The notes: generated by a model from the letters alone, not told the origin. A stretch of 64,000 nucleotides of DNA from an uncultured Candidatus Bathyarchaeia archaeon (GCA_964529745.1 CAZGZR010000005.1:79-64078), one strand, 5' to 3'; positions 46,109-54,397 are shown, counted from the stretch's first letter. Made by a program: numbers and translations.

Positions 46109-46936
46109 TTAGCTTCCTCCCTTGATTTTGTTGTATATTATCGGCAAGTTGGCTAGGACAATCAGTATCACGAACAATAGATGGGTAGAGCTGATGGCGT
46201 CCATCGTCGTTGTGGCTGCACCAGGCATGCCAGCGAGTTTCTCTAGCTCCGCTGCTCCCCTCACGCCAACCGCTAGACCGAAGATGTCTCCGCTGGCGAG
46301 GTAAGGCGCAAGAGCCGAGCCCTTCATGGCGATGCCCATGCCGGCAACAGGTACCCCGTAGGGCTCTCCCCATTGCTGTATCCACTTCACCTCTCCCTCC
46401 GCCGTGAACAGGACCATGGCGTAGTCTGTGGCGCTGTTTGACTCACTCATCAAGGGTAGATCCTCGATGGGCGTGCCGAAATGGTCTGCCGGGAATATGG
46501 AGCTCATGTCAACGGCCATCTGTGCTGCGGCGGCGTCTTCTCCAGTGTAGTAACCGAGGAAAACCACGTCCGCGCCGTATTCCAGATTCTCTATCCTTGG
46601 CACAAGTTCCTTCAAACGCTCCCAGGACCTAGAGACGTCCACGCTGTTACCTATGTACACGAGTTTCGCTCCCTGGTCTATGAGTGTGTTCGTCTCCACG
46701 ACGAGCCCACCCATGCACTCGGGCCACGTGCTTACGCTCATGAAGATGTCGACGAGAACAACGTCGCCTTCCTGGACCGATGTCAAGCCATCGTATAGAG
46801 CCCTAGATGAGGGCTTGACCGTGATCGGCAGCCCGATGGGGCTTACCAGGGGCCAGGTTATCACTATGACGATGAGCCAGTAATAGATCCTTCTGTCGAG
46901 TTTGTCAAGTCTATCGAAGATGGTTTGATTAGACAT
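46109..46936 (-). CDS. Bitopic membrane protein with a large extracytoplasmic-type domain, unknown family (gene 3)
   Basis: 275 aa. N-terminal helix (IYYWLIVIVITWPLV), a roughly 200-aa soluble domain, then a C-terminal helix (LLFVILIVLANLPII). Its start abuts the upstream stop. Confidence 0.6.
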   Translation of the reverse strand: MSNQTIFDRLDKLDRRIYYWLIVIVITWPLVSPIGLPITVKPSSRALYDGLTSVQEGDVVLVDIFMSVSTWPECMGGLVVETNTLIDQGAKLVYIGNSVDVSRSWERLKELVPRIENLEYGADVVFLGYYTGEDAAAAQMAVDMSSIFPADHFGTPIEDLPLMSESNSATDYAMVLFTAEGEVKWIQQWGEPYGVPVAGMGIAMKGSALAPYLASGDIFGLAVGVRGAAELEKLAGMPGAATTTMDAISSTHLLFVILIVLANLPIIYNKIKGGS

Positions 46937-47566
46937 CTATTCACCTCCGCCGAAGAACCCTCTCTCGTTGCCGGTGATTACTCTGTAGGCGTACACGATC
47001 GTCCCGAAGCCTGCGATCAGCATGAGAACCCTGTACCCGGGCAGCTGCCCTGGACCGAGCAGCCAGTCGCCTATCACAGGGAACCCTGACCAGATCACCT
47101 CCCCGATGGGGGCGTTGGTGAAGACGACGATGCACCCGGCTATGAGCAGCAGAGCAGCGTCGATGTTCCTGGCTCTGAAAGCCCTGTAAGCCGAGGATAC
47201 GATGAAGAAACCGGTGCTCGCGTACATGGTTTGCTGTAACGTGGTGTACACGTGGTTGAACGCCCACTGGTATTGGTCGCTGTTGACGTTTATTACCCCC
47301 AGTAGGAAAACCGTCACGAACGTCACTATGGTCACTATACTGTACTGCCAACTGCCTTCCAGTCTCCTCTGCACGTTCCTTCCGTGGATCCTCAACAGGC
47401 TGATGACGCCCAGCCCTAAGGCGATGTTTGAGATCACCACAGCGAATTGTCTGAGGATCTCAGTTATCGACCCTAGGCTGGCGATGTCGAAGAAGTAGTT
47501 GGCGATGATTACAGCGAACACTATGACAGGTATGTACTTGAAGGCTGTTGATTTGATAAACGACAT
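46937..47566 (-). CDS. Polytopic membrane protein, unknown family (gene 2)
   Basis: 209 aa with about 6 hydrophobic helices. 4-nt gap to gene 1. Confidence 0.6.
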   Translation of the reverse strand: MSFIKSTAFKYIPVIVFAVIIANYFFDIASLGSITEILRQFAVVISNIALGLGVISLLRIHGRNVQRRLEGSWQYSIVTIVTFVTVFLLGVINVNSDQYQWAFNHVYTTLQQTMYASTGFFIVSSAYRAFRARNIDAALLLIAGCIVVFTNAPIGEVIWSGFPVIGDWLLGPGQLPGYRVLMLIAGFGTIVYAYRVITGNERGFFGGGE

Positions 47567-47570
47567 AGTA

Positions 47571-48374
47571 TCACAACCCCAATAGATCCACCAAGAACGT
47601 GATGCCTAGAGGAGCGAGAACCATTCCCAGGATCATTATCCCGAGGGCCACGAACTTGATCACGTCTTCGGCAGCTATGGGCCCCACGGCCCCCGCGTCG
47701 CCTGACACGGCTGCGGCTGCAGCGAAAAGCTCCTCCATGATCAAAGTATAGTCAGTGCTGGCGACGAGGAATGGTATCTGGTAGAGGTTTACTGTCCCGC
47801 TTATCTGCATGGCGCCTACGACGTTACCTGCCTCTGATAGTACCACAGACTCGTATGCGAGGTATCCTATCAAGCACGCACCGGCTGGCCTCTCCCTCTG
47901 AACTGCACCGATATACCTTGACACCAATGAGCTCTGGTTCGCGATTAGCTCGATGTCGTCGTCGCTATATTCCTCGACTTTCCCTTCGATGGCGTAAGCG
48001 TTTTTAATCGTTTCCTGGATGAGAGGCATGGCGTCGATTGTTACTGTGAACAGTCTGAGTTTGACGCCTGCCTTGGCCGCGAAACCGGCCAACCGTCCCA
48101 GTATGGTGATCCCGGCGAGGATGTATGCTCCGCTTGAGAGGCTTAGCGATGAACCGATGCCAGGCATGTAGAAGATGGGTCTACCCATCTCGGCGCACCG
48201 TCCAACCGCCTCAGGCAACGCCTCTAGGGCTGCTAGTGTACGAATTTTAAAGTCCTTGCCTTGCTGCATCATTCTCGTGAATACGTAGTATAGTACGAAC
48301 GAGCCAAACAATAGAATGAAGGCAACGATCCGCCCTTCTTTTAGAATCATCTCATTCTTTTTTCCCTTTTGCAT
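47571..48374 (-). CDS. Bitopic membrane protein with central soluble domain, unknown family (gene 1)
   Basis: 267 aa. N-terminal helix (IVAFILLFGSFVLYYVF), a central domain, then a C-terminal helix (FVALGIMILGMVLAPLGITFLV). First gene of the operon. Confidence 0.6.
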   Translation of the reverse strand: MQKGKKNEMILKEGRIVAFILLFGSFVLYYVFTRMMQQGKDFKIRTLAALEALPEAVGRCAEMGRPIFYMPGIGSSLSLSSGAYILAGITILGRLAGFAAKAGVKLRLFTVTIDAMPLIQETIKNAYAIEGKVEEYSDDDIELIANQSSLVSRYIGAVQRERPAGACLIGYLAYESVVLSEAGNVVGAMQISGTVNLYQIPFLVASTDYTLIMEELFAAAAAVSGDAGAVGPIAAEDVIKFVALGIMILGMVLAPLGITFLVDLLGL

Positions 48375-48649
48375 TCCCCGTTATTTGTTTAACAGGGCGT
48401 TCACCCCGTCGTGGGGCATAGCGCCTTTCTGTCATCTCTTCATACACTGGTCTGAGACTCATTCAGCGATCTCCCAGGCGCGGGTTATGATAGTGTAAAC
48501 CTTAGAAAATTTAAAACCATCCATAAAAAATTAATAACCACTATTAAGTAGTGAAATTTATATTTAAATATTAGATTAGAATAAATTACTTTTATTATTT
48601 AATAGATAATAAAAATAAACATATAATGGGCACTACTGACATTCATTCC

Positions 48650-50464
48650 TCAATTCGTTCTCTCATGCAAAGTACTGTATTTTAGGCGAGATGAATCGAG
48701 TTTTTTAACGGTCTCAGGGAATAGGCGTAAGTCTCTGTGCGGAAGCAGCAAGGCATCCACATAGGCTTGGCTATACCCTCTCATCTTCGCCAGCTCGATG
48801 TACTCGATACTTCCGCTGATAGCTCGGGCCTCCTTTCGAACCCCCGTGGACAAGAGAGCCATCCGTGCGCCTGTCCCCGCGGCGTTCCCAACCTGCTGAA
48901 TATCGAAGGGGTTGAACTCAGGGATCATCCCCACTTTGATCGCGCTGTCACGGCTGATGTAGGTGCCGAACGCTCCAGCCATGTATATGTTGACGATCTC
49001 GCTTGGCTGCGCCCCGAGGCGGTTCAGCGCCATCTGGGCCCCAGAAAAGATGGCGGCTTTGCCTTTCTGCAGCTCACGGACGTCGAGCTGGGTGACGACT
49101 ATGTCGCTTTCGATGGCGGAGTCCCTCTCCCAGGCTATCACGTACTCGGGGACGCCGCCGCTCCTCCTGATGCGGGGGTTCTCTATCTCTGTCCGTATCT
49201 TTCCCGAGGTGTCTATGATGCCCGACTTCAGCATCTCGGACAGCGCGTCGATGAGCCCTGACCCGCAGATGCCGACGGGTTCGGCGTCGTCTATGGTTGT
49301 CAGGCTGGGTTCGAGGCTGTCCGGTTCGATCCACACACCCTCTACGGCTCCCGACGCCGCCCTCATCCCGTGCTTTATGTGAGCGCCTTCGAAGGCCGGC
49401 CCCGACGCGCAGGAGCACGCGACCATGCGGTCCTTGTCTCCGACTACTATCTCGGTGTTGGTGCCTATGTCTATGAGGAAACAGGGCTCCTCCGACTTGT
49501 GTACCCCCGTCGCTAGTATGGACGCCACGCAGTCAGCCCCCACGAACCCGGCGACGAGAGGGAGGACGTATGCCTCACCCCTAGGGTTCCCGATGCCAAA
49601 ATACGCTGAATCGAGGTCTCTGGGCCCAAGGTCTTTCGGCGTGAACGGGCTGCGGGTCAGTGGAGAAGGATCCAGGTCTAGGAGGAAGTGGTGCATGGCC
49701 GTGTTCCCCACGAACACCATCTCATACACGTCACGCGGATCCGCGTCGGCCTTCCCGCACGCGTCTGCCAGCATGTCTCTGATTCCGTCCACCAGCGACC
49801 TGTGTAGAGTCATCCTTTGTTCCCTGCCGCCCATCGCGTAGGTGAGCCTGGTCATGATGTCCTCGCCGTACTGTATCTGGGAGTTCATGGCCGTCACCAC
49901 GGCCAGCACCTCGCCGGCAGAGAGATCCATCAAGTATCCGGCAAGCTTCGTGGTTCCAACGTCCACCGCGAACCCGTGGATAGGCGCGTCGCGGACTGGG
50001 ATAACGTCGATGACCGTGTCTCCGCACAGAATCTGCGTGGTTTCCCCCTTCGCCTGTCTCCTTATGTCAGGATCGAGCTTCACGGGGGTGTCGAGGCCCT
50101 CGCTCTGGAGCCGCTGGGCGCCCCTCCAGCTCTCCCTGGGCACGAGAATGACAGTGTCCCCCATGATCCTAGAGCGGCACGCGAGCCTGTAGCCTCCGAT
50201 CAGCCTATCCCCGAGTAGATCCACCTCCAGTGGAGCAGGATCGCTCAGGCTTTCTCTGCCCTGCACGATCCTCACGATGCACTTGCCGCAGGAGCCGGCT
50301 CCCCCGCAGACCGAGTTGATTTCCACCCCGAGGGCCCTCGCGGCCTGGAGCACGGTTAGTTCTTCATCGAACCTGGCTCTTCTACCATGGGGCTGGAACA
50401 CGACCTCGAAACTTGGCAAGGGACTCAAAGAAGATGGCGTCGCCGCGCGTTTAGTTATTTGCAT
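48650..50464 (-). CDS. Corrinoid activation/regeneration protein (RACo-like; 2Fe-2S ferredoxin domain + ASKHA ATPase domain)
   Basis: 604 aa. N-terminal plant-type ferredoxin motif CGGAGSCGKC followed by a long ASKHA/DUF4445-like region (AVDVGTTKLAGYL ..., IDIGTNTE). The true start may be TTG 50419 (MPSFEVVFQP). Confidence 0.8.
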   Translation of the reverse strand: MQITKRAATPSSLSPLPSFEVVFQPHGRRARFDEELTVLQAARALGVEINSVCGGAGSCGKCIVRIVQGRESLSDPAPLEVDLLGDRLIGGYRLACRSRIMGDTVILVPRESWRGAQRLQSEGLDTPVKLDPDIRRQAKGETTQILCGDTVIDVIPVRDAPIHGFAVDVGTTKLAGYLMDLSAGEVLAVVTAMNSQIQYGEDIMTRLTYAMGGREQRMTLHRSLVDGIRDMLADACGKADADPRDVYEMVFVGNTAMHHFLLDLDPSPLTRSPFTPKDLGPRDLDSAYFGIGNPRGEAYVLPLVAGFVGADCVASILATGVHKSEEPCFLIDIGTNTEIVVGDKDRMVACSCASGPAFEGAHIKHGMRAASGAVEGVWIEPDSLEPSLTTIDDAEPVGICGSGLIDALSEMLKSGIIDTSGKIRTEIENPRIRRSGGVPEYVIAWERDSAIESDIVVTQLDVRELQKGKAAIFSGAQMALNRLGAQPSEIVNIYMAGAFGTYISRDSAIKVGMIPEFNPFDIQQVGNAAGTGARMALLSTGVRKEARAISGSIEYIELAKMRGYSQAYVDALLLPHRDLRLFPETVKKLDSSRLKYSTLHERTN

Positions 50465-50556
50465 TTAAAAACATCATGCACCACATATGATGGGAAGGTG
50501 GCATCAAGCTGTTCGATTACTCGGTTGAGCAGAAGACCTACGAGATAGGCGGCACC

Positions 50557-51408
50557 GTGATCGGCGGGGAGCCCGGCCTCAACCCCACCGTCATGGTGGG
50601 ATCCATGTTCTACAAGGGGGACAGAACAGTGGAAAAAAGGACCGAGGGCCTGTTCAAGAAGGACGAGGCCGAGGGGGTTCTGCGGAAAGCGGAGGAGATG
50701 TCGGACTCGACGGGGCTGCCGTCCATGGTGGACCTCATAGCGGAGAACGCCGCGGCGGCGTCGAGGTTCCTGGGCTTCGTGTACGAGGCCACGGACATGC
50801 CCATCTTCCTCGACATCGTGTCCGAGATTGGCCTCACGGAGTCCCTGCAGTACGCCTCGGATCACGGGATGATGGACAGGATCATTGTCAACTCGCTGAA
50901 TCCCCACTCGGGTGAACGGCTGTACGAAAAGATCAGGGAGACTGGCTGCGCCAGCGCCGTCCTGCTGCTCCACAGCTCCGAGTACATGTTGACCTCCAAC
51001 AAGGACCCGCTCGTGGAGACGATGGTGCCCAGGGCAGAGGCGGCGGGGATAAGGAACATGCTCATGGACACGGCGGTCATCGACATCCCATCCCTGGGAT
51101 TGGCAACCGAGGCGATCCACAGGATCAAGGACAGGTACGGCTACCCGTGCGGCTGCGGAGCCCACAACGCCGTGGCGTCGTGGAAGCGGCTGAGGAAGAA
51201 GTACACGAGGGACGCCGTCTCGGTGGCGGTGGGCGTGGTGAACGCGCTGCCTGTTGCCGCCGGGGCCGACTTCGTCATCTACGGGCCGCTGAGGAACGCG
51301 GAGACCATATACCCGGCCGTGGCCATGATAGACGCCGCCTACAGCCAGCAGATGATAGAGAAACATAAAAGGCCGAGCAGGAGCCACCCCCGGTTCAGGA
51401 TAGGCTAG
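50557..51408 (+). CDS. MtrH-family methyltransferase (methyl-corrinoid:pterin type); 5' end out of frame
   Basis: 283 aa from GTG 50557 (IGGEPGLNPTVMVGSMFYKGD...). In-frame conserved FDYSVEQKTYEIGGTV lies upstream (50491-50556) without a canonical start. ATGATG at 50487 is one base out of frame. Confidence 0.8.
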   Translation: MIGGEPGLNPTVMVGSMFYKGDRTVEKRTEGLFKKDEAEGVLRKAEEMSDSTGLPSMVDLIAENAAAASRFLGFVYEATDMPIFLDIVSEIGLTESLQYASDHGMMDRIIVNSLNPHSGERLYEKIRETGCASAVLLLHSSEYMLTSNKDPLVETMVPRAEAAGIRNMLMDTAVIDIPSLGLATEAIHRIKDRYGYPCGCGAHNAVASWKRLRKKYTRDAVSVAVGVVNALPVAAGADFVIYGPLRNAETIYPAVAMIDAAYSQQMIEKHKRPSRSHPRFRIG

Positions 51409-51503
51409 AAATCAGCCAGTGTCCTAACAGGGTATTGCGAGTAAAACAAATCTTAACCTATTTTATAATACATCAGCCTGTACCATGTTTTGAGGCAGTA
51501 TAG

Positions 51504-52622
51504 TTGAAGATCACCGACATCAGGGCCATAGCCCTCAAGATACCGTTGAAGGAGGGATCGCCCGTCTCAGCCTACCCCAACCGGAGGAGGGTGCACATAC
51601 TCGTCGAGGTCTCCACGGACGAGGGCATAGCAGGGTACGGCGAGTCCATCCCGTTCACATACGGCTCCGTGGGCGGATACATCGAGCAGCAGCTGAAGCC
51701 TCTGCTAGTTGGGGAGAACCCGATGCACGTGGATAGGCTCTGGGACAAGGCCTACAGGGTGAGCTTCGGCCACGGCATAAGAGGCATCTCGCTGTACGCG
51801 TTGAGCGCGGTCGAGGTCGCCCTCTGGGACATCATCGGGAAAGCCAGGAAGCTCCCGGTCTATGAGATGATTGGCGGCCTCTGCCGGGAGAAGATCAAGG
51901 CCTACGCGAGCCTGATGGAGTACCGAAAACCAGAGGAAGTCGGGAATATATCGGTCCAGTGGGTCGAGGAGGGGTACAAGGCGGTCAAGATCCATCAGGG
52001 GAGAAGCGACGCGGTGGAGTCCACGAAGGCCGTGAGGGACGCCGTCGGCGACGACGTGGAGATCATGCTCGACGTGAACGGCGCGTGGACGCCCATGGAG
52101 GCGGCTAAACACGTCAAAGCCCTTGAGAGATATGATCTCACGTGGCTCGAGGAGCCCATCTGGCCCGTGGACGACTACGGCAGCCTGGCGAGGCTCAGGG
52201 AGAAGACGAGCATACCCATCGCCGGCGGCGAGAACGAGCATACTCACCACGGGTTCAGGAACCTGATAACCCGGGGCGCGGTGGACATAGTTCAGCCGGA
52301 CGTGATCATGACGGGCGGCATCTCCACGTGCAAGAAGATATTCGCCCTCGCTGAGGCCTGGAACCTCGGCGTTGCCACACACAGCTTCTTCTATGGGCCA
52401 GGCGTCCCGGCGTCGGTGCACCTGAGCCTTAGCAACGTGAGGAGCGAGTGGGTGGAGATAAACGCGGTCCCACTGGAGGCCTTCTTCATAGACCCGGCGT
52501 ACAGGCCGGTAAAGGGGTACATCTCGGCTCCCGACAAGCCCGGGCTGGGCTTCGAGGTGGACTGGGATGTAGTGGAGAAGTACATGGTGAAGGAGGCCCC
52601 CACAGGTTCCCTCTACTATTGA
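51504..52622 (+). CDS. Enolase-superfamily enzyme (mandelate racemase/muconate lactonizing family)
   Basis: 372 aa with TTG start. KIHQG..., MLDVNGAW, WLEEP and GGENE metal-ligand contexts typical of MR/MLE proteins. Confidence 0.85.
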   Translation: MKITDIRAIALKIPLKEGSPVSAYPNRRRVHILVEVSTDEGIAGYGESIPFTYGSVGGYIEQQLKPLLVGENPMHVDRLWDKAYRVSFGHGIRGISLYALSAVEVALWDIIGKARKLPVYEMIGGLCREKIKAYASLMEYRKPEEVGNISVQWVEEGYKAVKIHQGRSDAVESTKAVRDAVGDDVEIMLDVNGAWTPMEAAKHVKALERYDLTWLEEPIWPVDDYGSLARLREKTSIPIAGGENEHTHHGFRNLITRGAVDIVQPDVIMTGGISTCKKIFALAEAWNLGVATHSFFYGPGVPASVHLSLSNVRSEWVEINAVPLEAFFIDPAYRPVKGYISAPDKPGLGFEVDWDVVEKYMVKEAPTGSLYY

Positions 52623-52702
52623 CCTGAGCGCCTAGTAAAAAGTCGATGACGTATACTGGTTGATTTCTTATTTACAGCAAATAAAGTTGAAATACACTGC
52701 CA

Positions 52703-53290
52703 ATGGAAGTTCTATCCATGAAACCGAATCGTGTCTTGATCTTAATGGCGAGCCCGCGCAAGAACGGCAACAGCACGATCCTGGCGTTGAAAGCCGCCGA
52801 GGGAGTCAAAGCCGCGGGCGGCGAGGCCGACGTGGTTCCGATAGGAAAAATGAGCATCGCCCCCTGCACGGCGTGCGACTCCTGCAGGGTGAACCCGGAG
52901 GCGGGGTGCGTGATCGAGGACGAAATGCAGCCGCTGTACAAGAAGCTCAGGGACGCACAGGGAGTGATATTCGCGACCCCGGTCTACTGGTTCAACGTGT
53001 CCGCCCAGATGAAGCTGTTCATCGACAGAACATACGCGGTACACGATGAAGACGGCTACGCGCTCACCGGGAAGGACGTTGGCGTGATCCTGACCTACGA
53101 GGACGAGGACGTGTTCGCCTCGGGGGGAGTCAACGCGCTGCGCGGTTTCCAGGACATATGCGCCTACGTCAAGGCCCGTCTCGTGGGGGCGGTCTACGGA
53201 AGCGCGGGTAAGGCGGGGGACGTCCAAGCCAACCCTGAACTGTTACAGAAGGCTCACGAACTAGGGAGGAAGATAGCCACTAAGAGATAG
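52703..53290 (+). CDS. Flavodoxin-like NADPH-dependent FMN reductase family protein (paralog-like of 28240..28785)
   Basis: 195 aa. VLILMASPRKNGNST motif and CTACDSC Cys cluster as in iron-sulfur flavoproteins. Confidence 0.75.
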   Translation: MEVLSMKPNRVLILMASPRKNGNSTILALKAAEGVKAAGGEADVVPIGKMSIAPCTACDSCRVNPEAGCVIEDEMQPLYKKLRDAQGVIFATPVYWFNVSAQMKLFIDRTYAVHDEDGYALTGKDVGVILTYEDEDVFASGGVNALRGFQDICAYVKARLVGAVYGSAGKAGDVQANPELLQKAHELGRKIATKR

Positions 53291-53302
53291 GTGAGTGAAT
53301 TG

Positions 53303-53584
53303 ATGAAGTATCTCGAATTCTTCGAGTATTCTGCTGAGGATCTCGAAAAGTTAATAGAAAAAACGTGAAAATGACAGAGATGAGAAGAAAGGATCTGTCT
53401 CAGTACCCAGAGTATCTTTTTCCTCCACACAACATCGGTGGGGAGACTAAGGGTTGAAGCCACGCCAGAGCAGATAGTGAGAGGTGTAAACTATTGGCTC
53501 CCTGAACTAAAACTCAAGTTTATGCCTATATTCGAGAACGCCAGATTCATTGACAATAAAGACGATCATTTTTTCAATATTTAG
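53303..53584 (+). pseudogene. Small gene (about 93 aa if repaired) interrupted by two frame changes
   Basis: Three consecutive coding-like segments in different frames. These are MKYLEFFEYSAEDLEKLIEKT* (53303-53368), VKMTEMRRKDLSQYPEYLFPPHNIGGETKG* (53365-53457) and VEATPEQIVRGVNYWLPELKLKFMPIFENARF...* (53453-53584). The first break is at an A6 run. Confidence 0.5.
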
Positions 53585-53681
53585 ATGATGGTTCGATGAA
53601 GTGAGGATAAAATCATCGCCCCACACACTTTGTATGGTAAATTTAAAATAGGGCTGATCGCGCATGGGGGCAGGCCGTGTC

Positions 53682-53978
53682 TTACTTCTTTGCCGGTTTT
53701 TTCTCGGACCGGAGCACCTTTTCCAGTCCTTTGACGTTTTCCCTTAGATACACCAGGTCTGAATGAAACATCCCTACCCCTTTTCTCAGACGCGAGAACT
53801 CCTGGGAGAATTCTGGTGAGTGCAACAATTGTTCAAGTGATTCAAGGTGCTTCAGCAATGGGTCGATCCTCAATTTAGTCCAATCTGTCTTGGAATCAAG
53901 ATCTGAGAACTCCACTTTCAATTTCTCGAGAGCTTTCCTCAGTCGGGGCAAGTCCGCCTTATACACTCTATCTACCAT
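53682..53978 (-). CDS. Helical hypothetical protein
   Basis: 98-aa ORF in the lower-GC segment. Charged helical sequence with no family recognised. Confidence 0.4.
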   Translation of the reverse strand: MVDRVYKADLPRLRKALEKLKVEFSDLDSKTDWTKLRIDPLLKHLESLEQLLHSPEFSQEFSRLRKGVGMFHSDLVYLRENVKGLEKVLRSEKKPAKK

Positions 53979-54251
53979 TTCTTTCTTGGATTTCGTGAGT
54001 GTTAGTAAATATAGTGGTTTCGTTGAACTTACAGAGAAATAAGGATAGAATCATCGATTGGACAGTCCAATTGAGAATAACCTGTCTCTGGATGAAAGAA
54101 GGGTTTCTGTGTTACGTATATGGTATAATAATATGATTATCTTTTTTCTTCATCTCTTAGAAGGTCTTATCTATCTTAGAGTAGTCGAGAGAGATTGGAT
54201 TCATTTTATGATGAATGTATAAATATCGTGAACATATGTGAATAGTGTAGA

Positions 54252-54357
54252 TGCGGGAGGAGGGACTCGAACCCTCGAAGTCCTAAGACACGAGATATCT
54301 CACCCGAGGACTCGGATCTTAAGTCTCGCCCCTTTGACCAACCTCGGGAACTCCCGC
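54252..54357 (-). tRNA. tRNA-Leu (anticodon UAA) with a 21-nt intron after position 37; no encoded CCA
   Basis: Manual fold: acceptor GCGGGAG/CUCCCGC, anticodon stem CGAGA/UCUCG restored only after removing AUCCGAGUCCUCGGGUGAGAU (54297-54317), loop CUUAAGA, long variable arm, T-arm GAGGG-UUCGAGU-CCCUC. Confidence 0.85.
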
Positions 54358-54397
54358 CCGCAGAATAAGGGGCAGAGAGCCAGACTAAAAAACTTGC

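Noticed and set aside
48375-48500. GC-rich leader of about 125 nt with two small hairpins (CCCC-ACGAC-GGGG; CCCTGTTA...TAACGGGG) between the AT-rich spacer and the start of the four-gene membrane operon. Considered as a riboswitch.
   Set aside because: No match to any riboswitch consensus I know. The hairpins are short and could occur by chance in GC-rich sequence.
53585-53660. Possible C/D-box sRNA (ATGATG ... CTGA).
   Set aside because: The C box is non-canonical, there are no internal D'/C' boxes, and the spacing (about 70 nt) does not fit archaeal C/D sRNAs.
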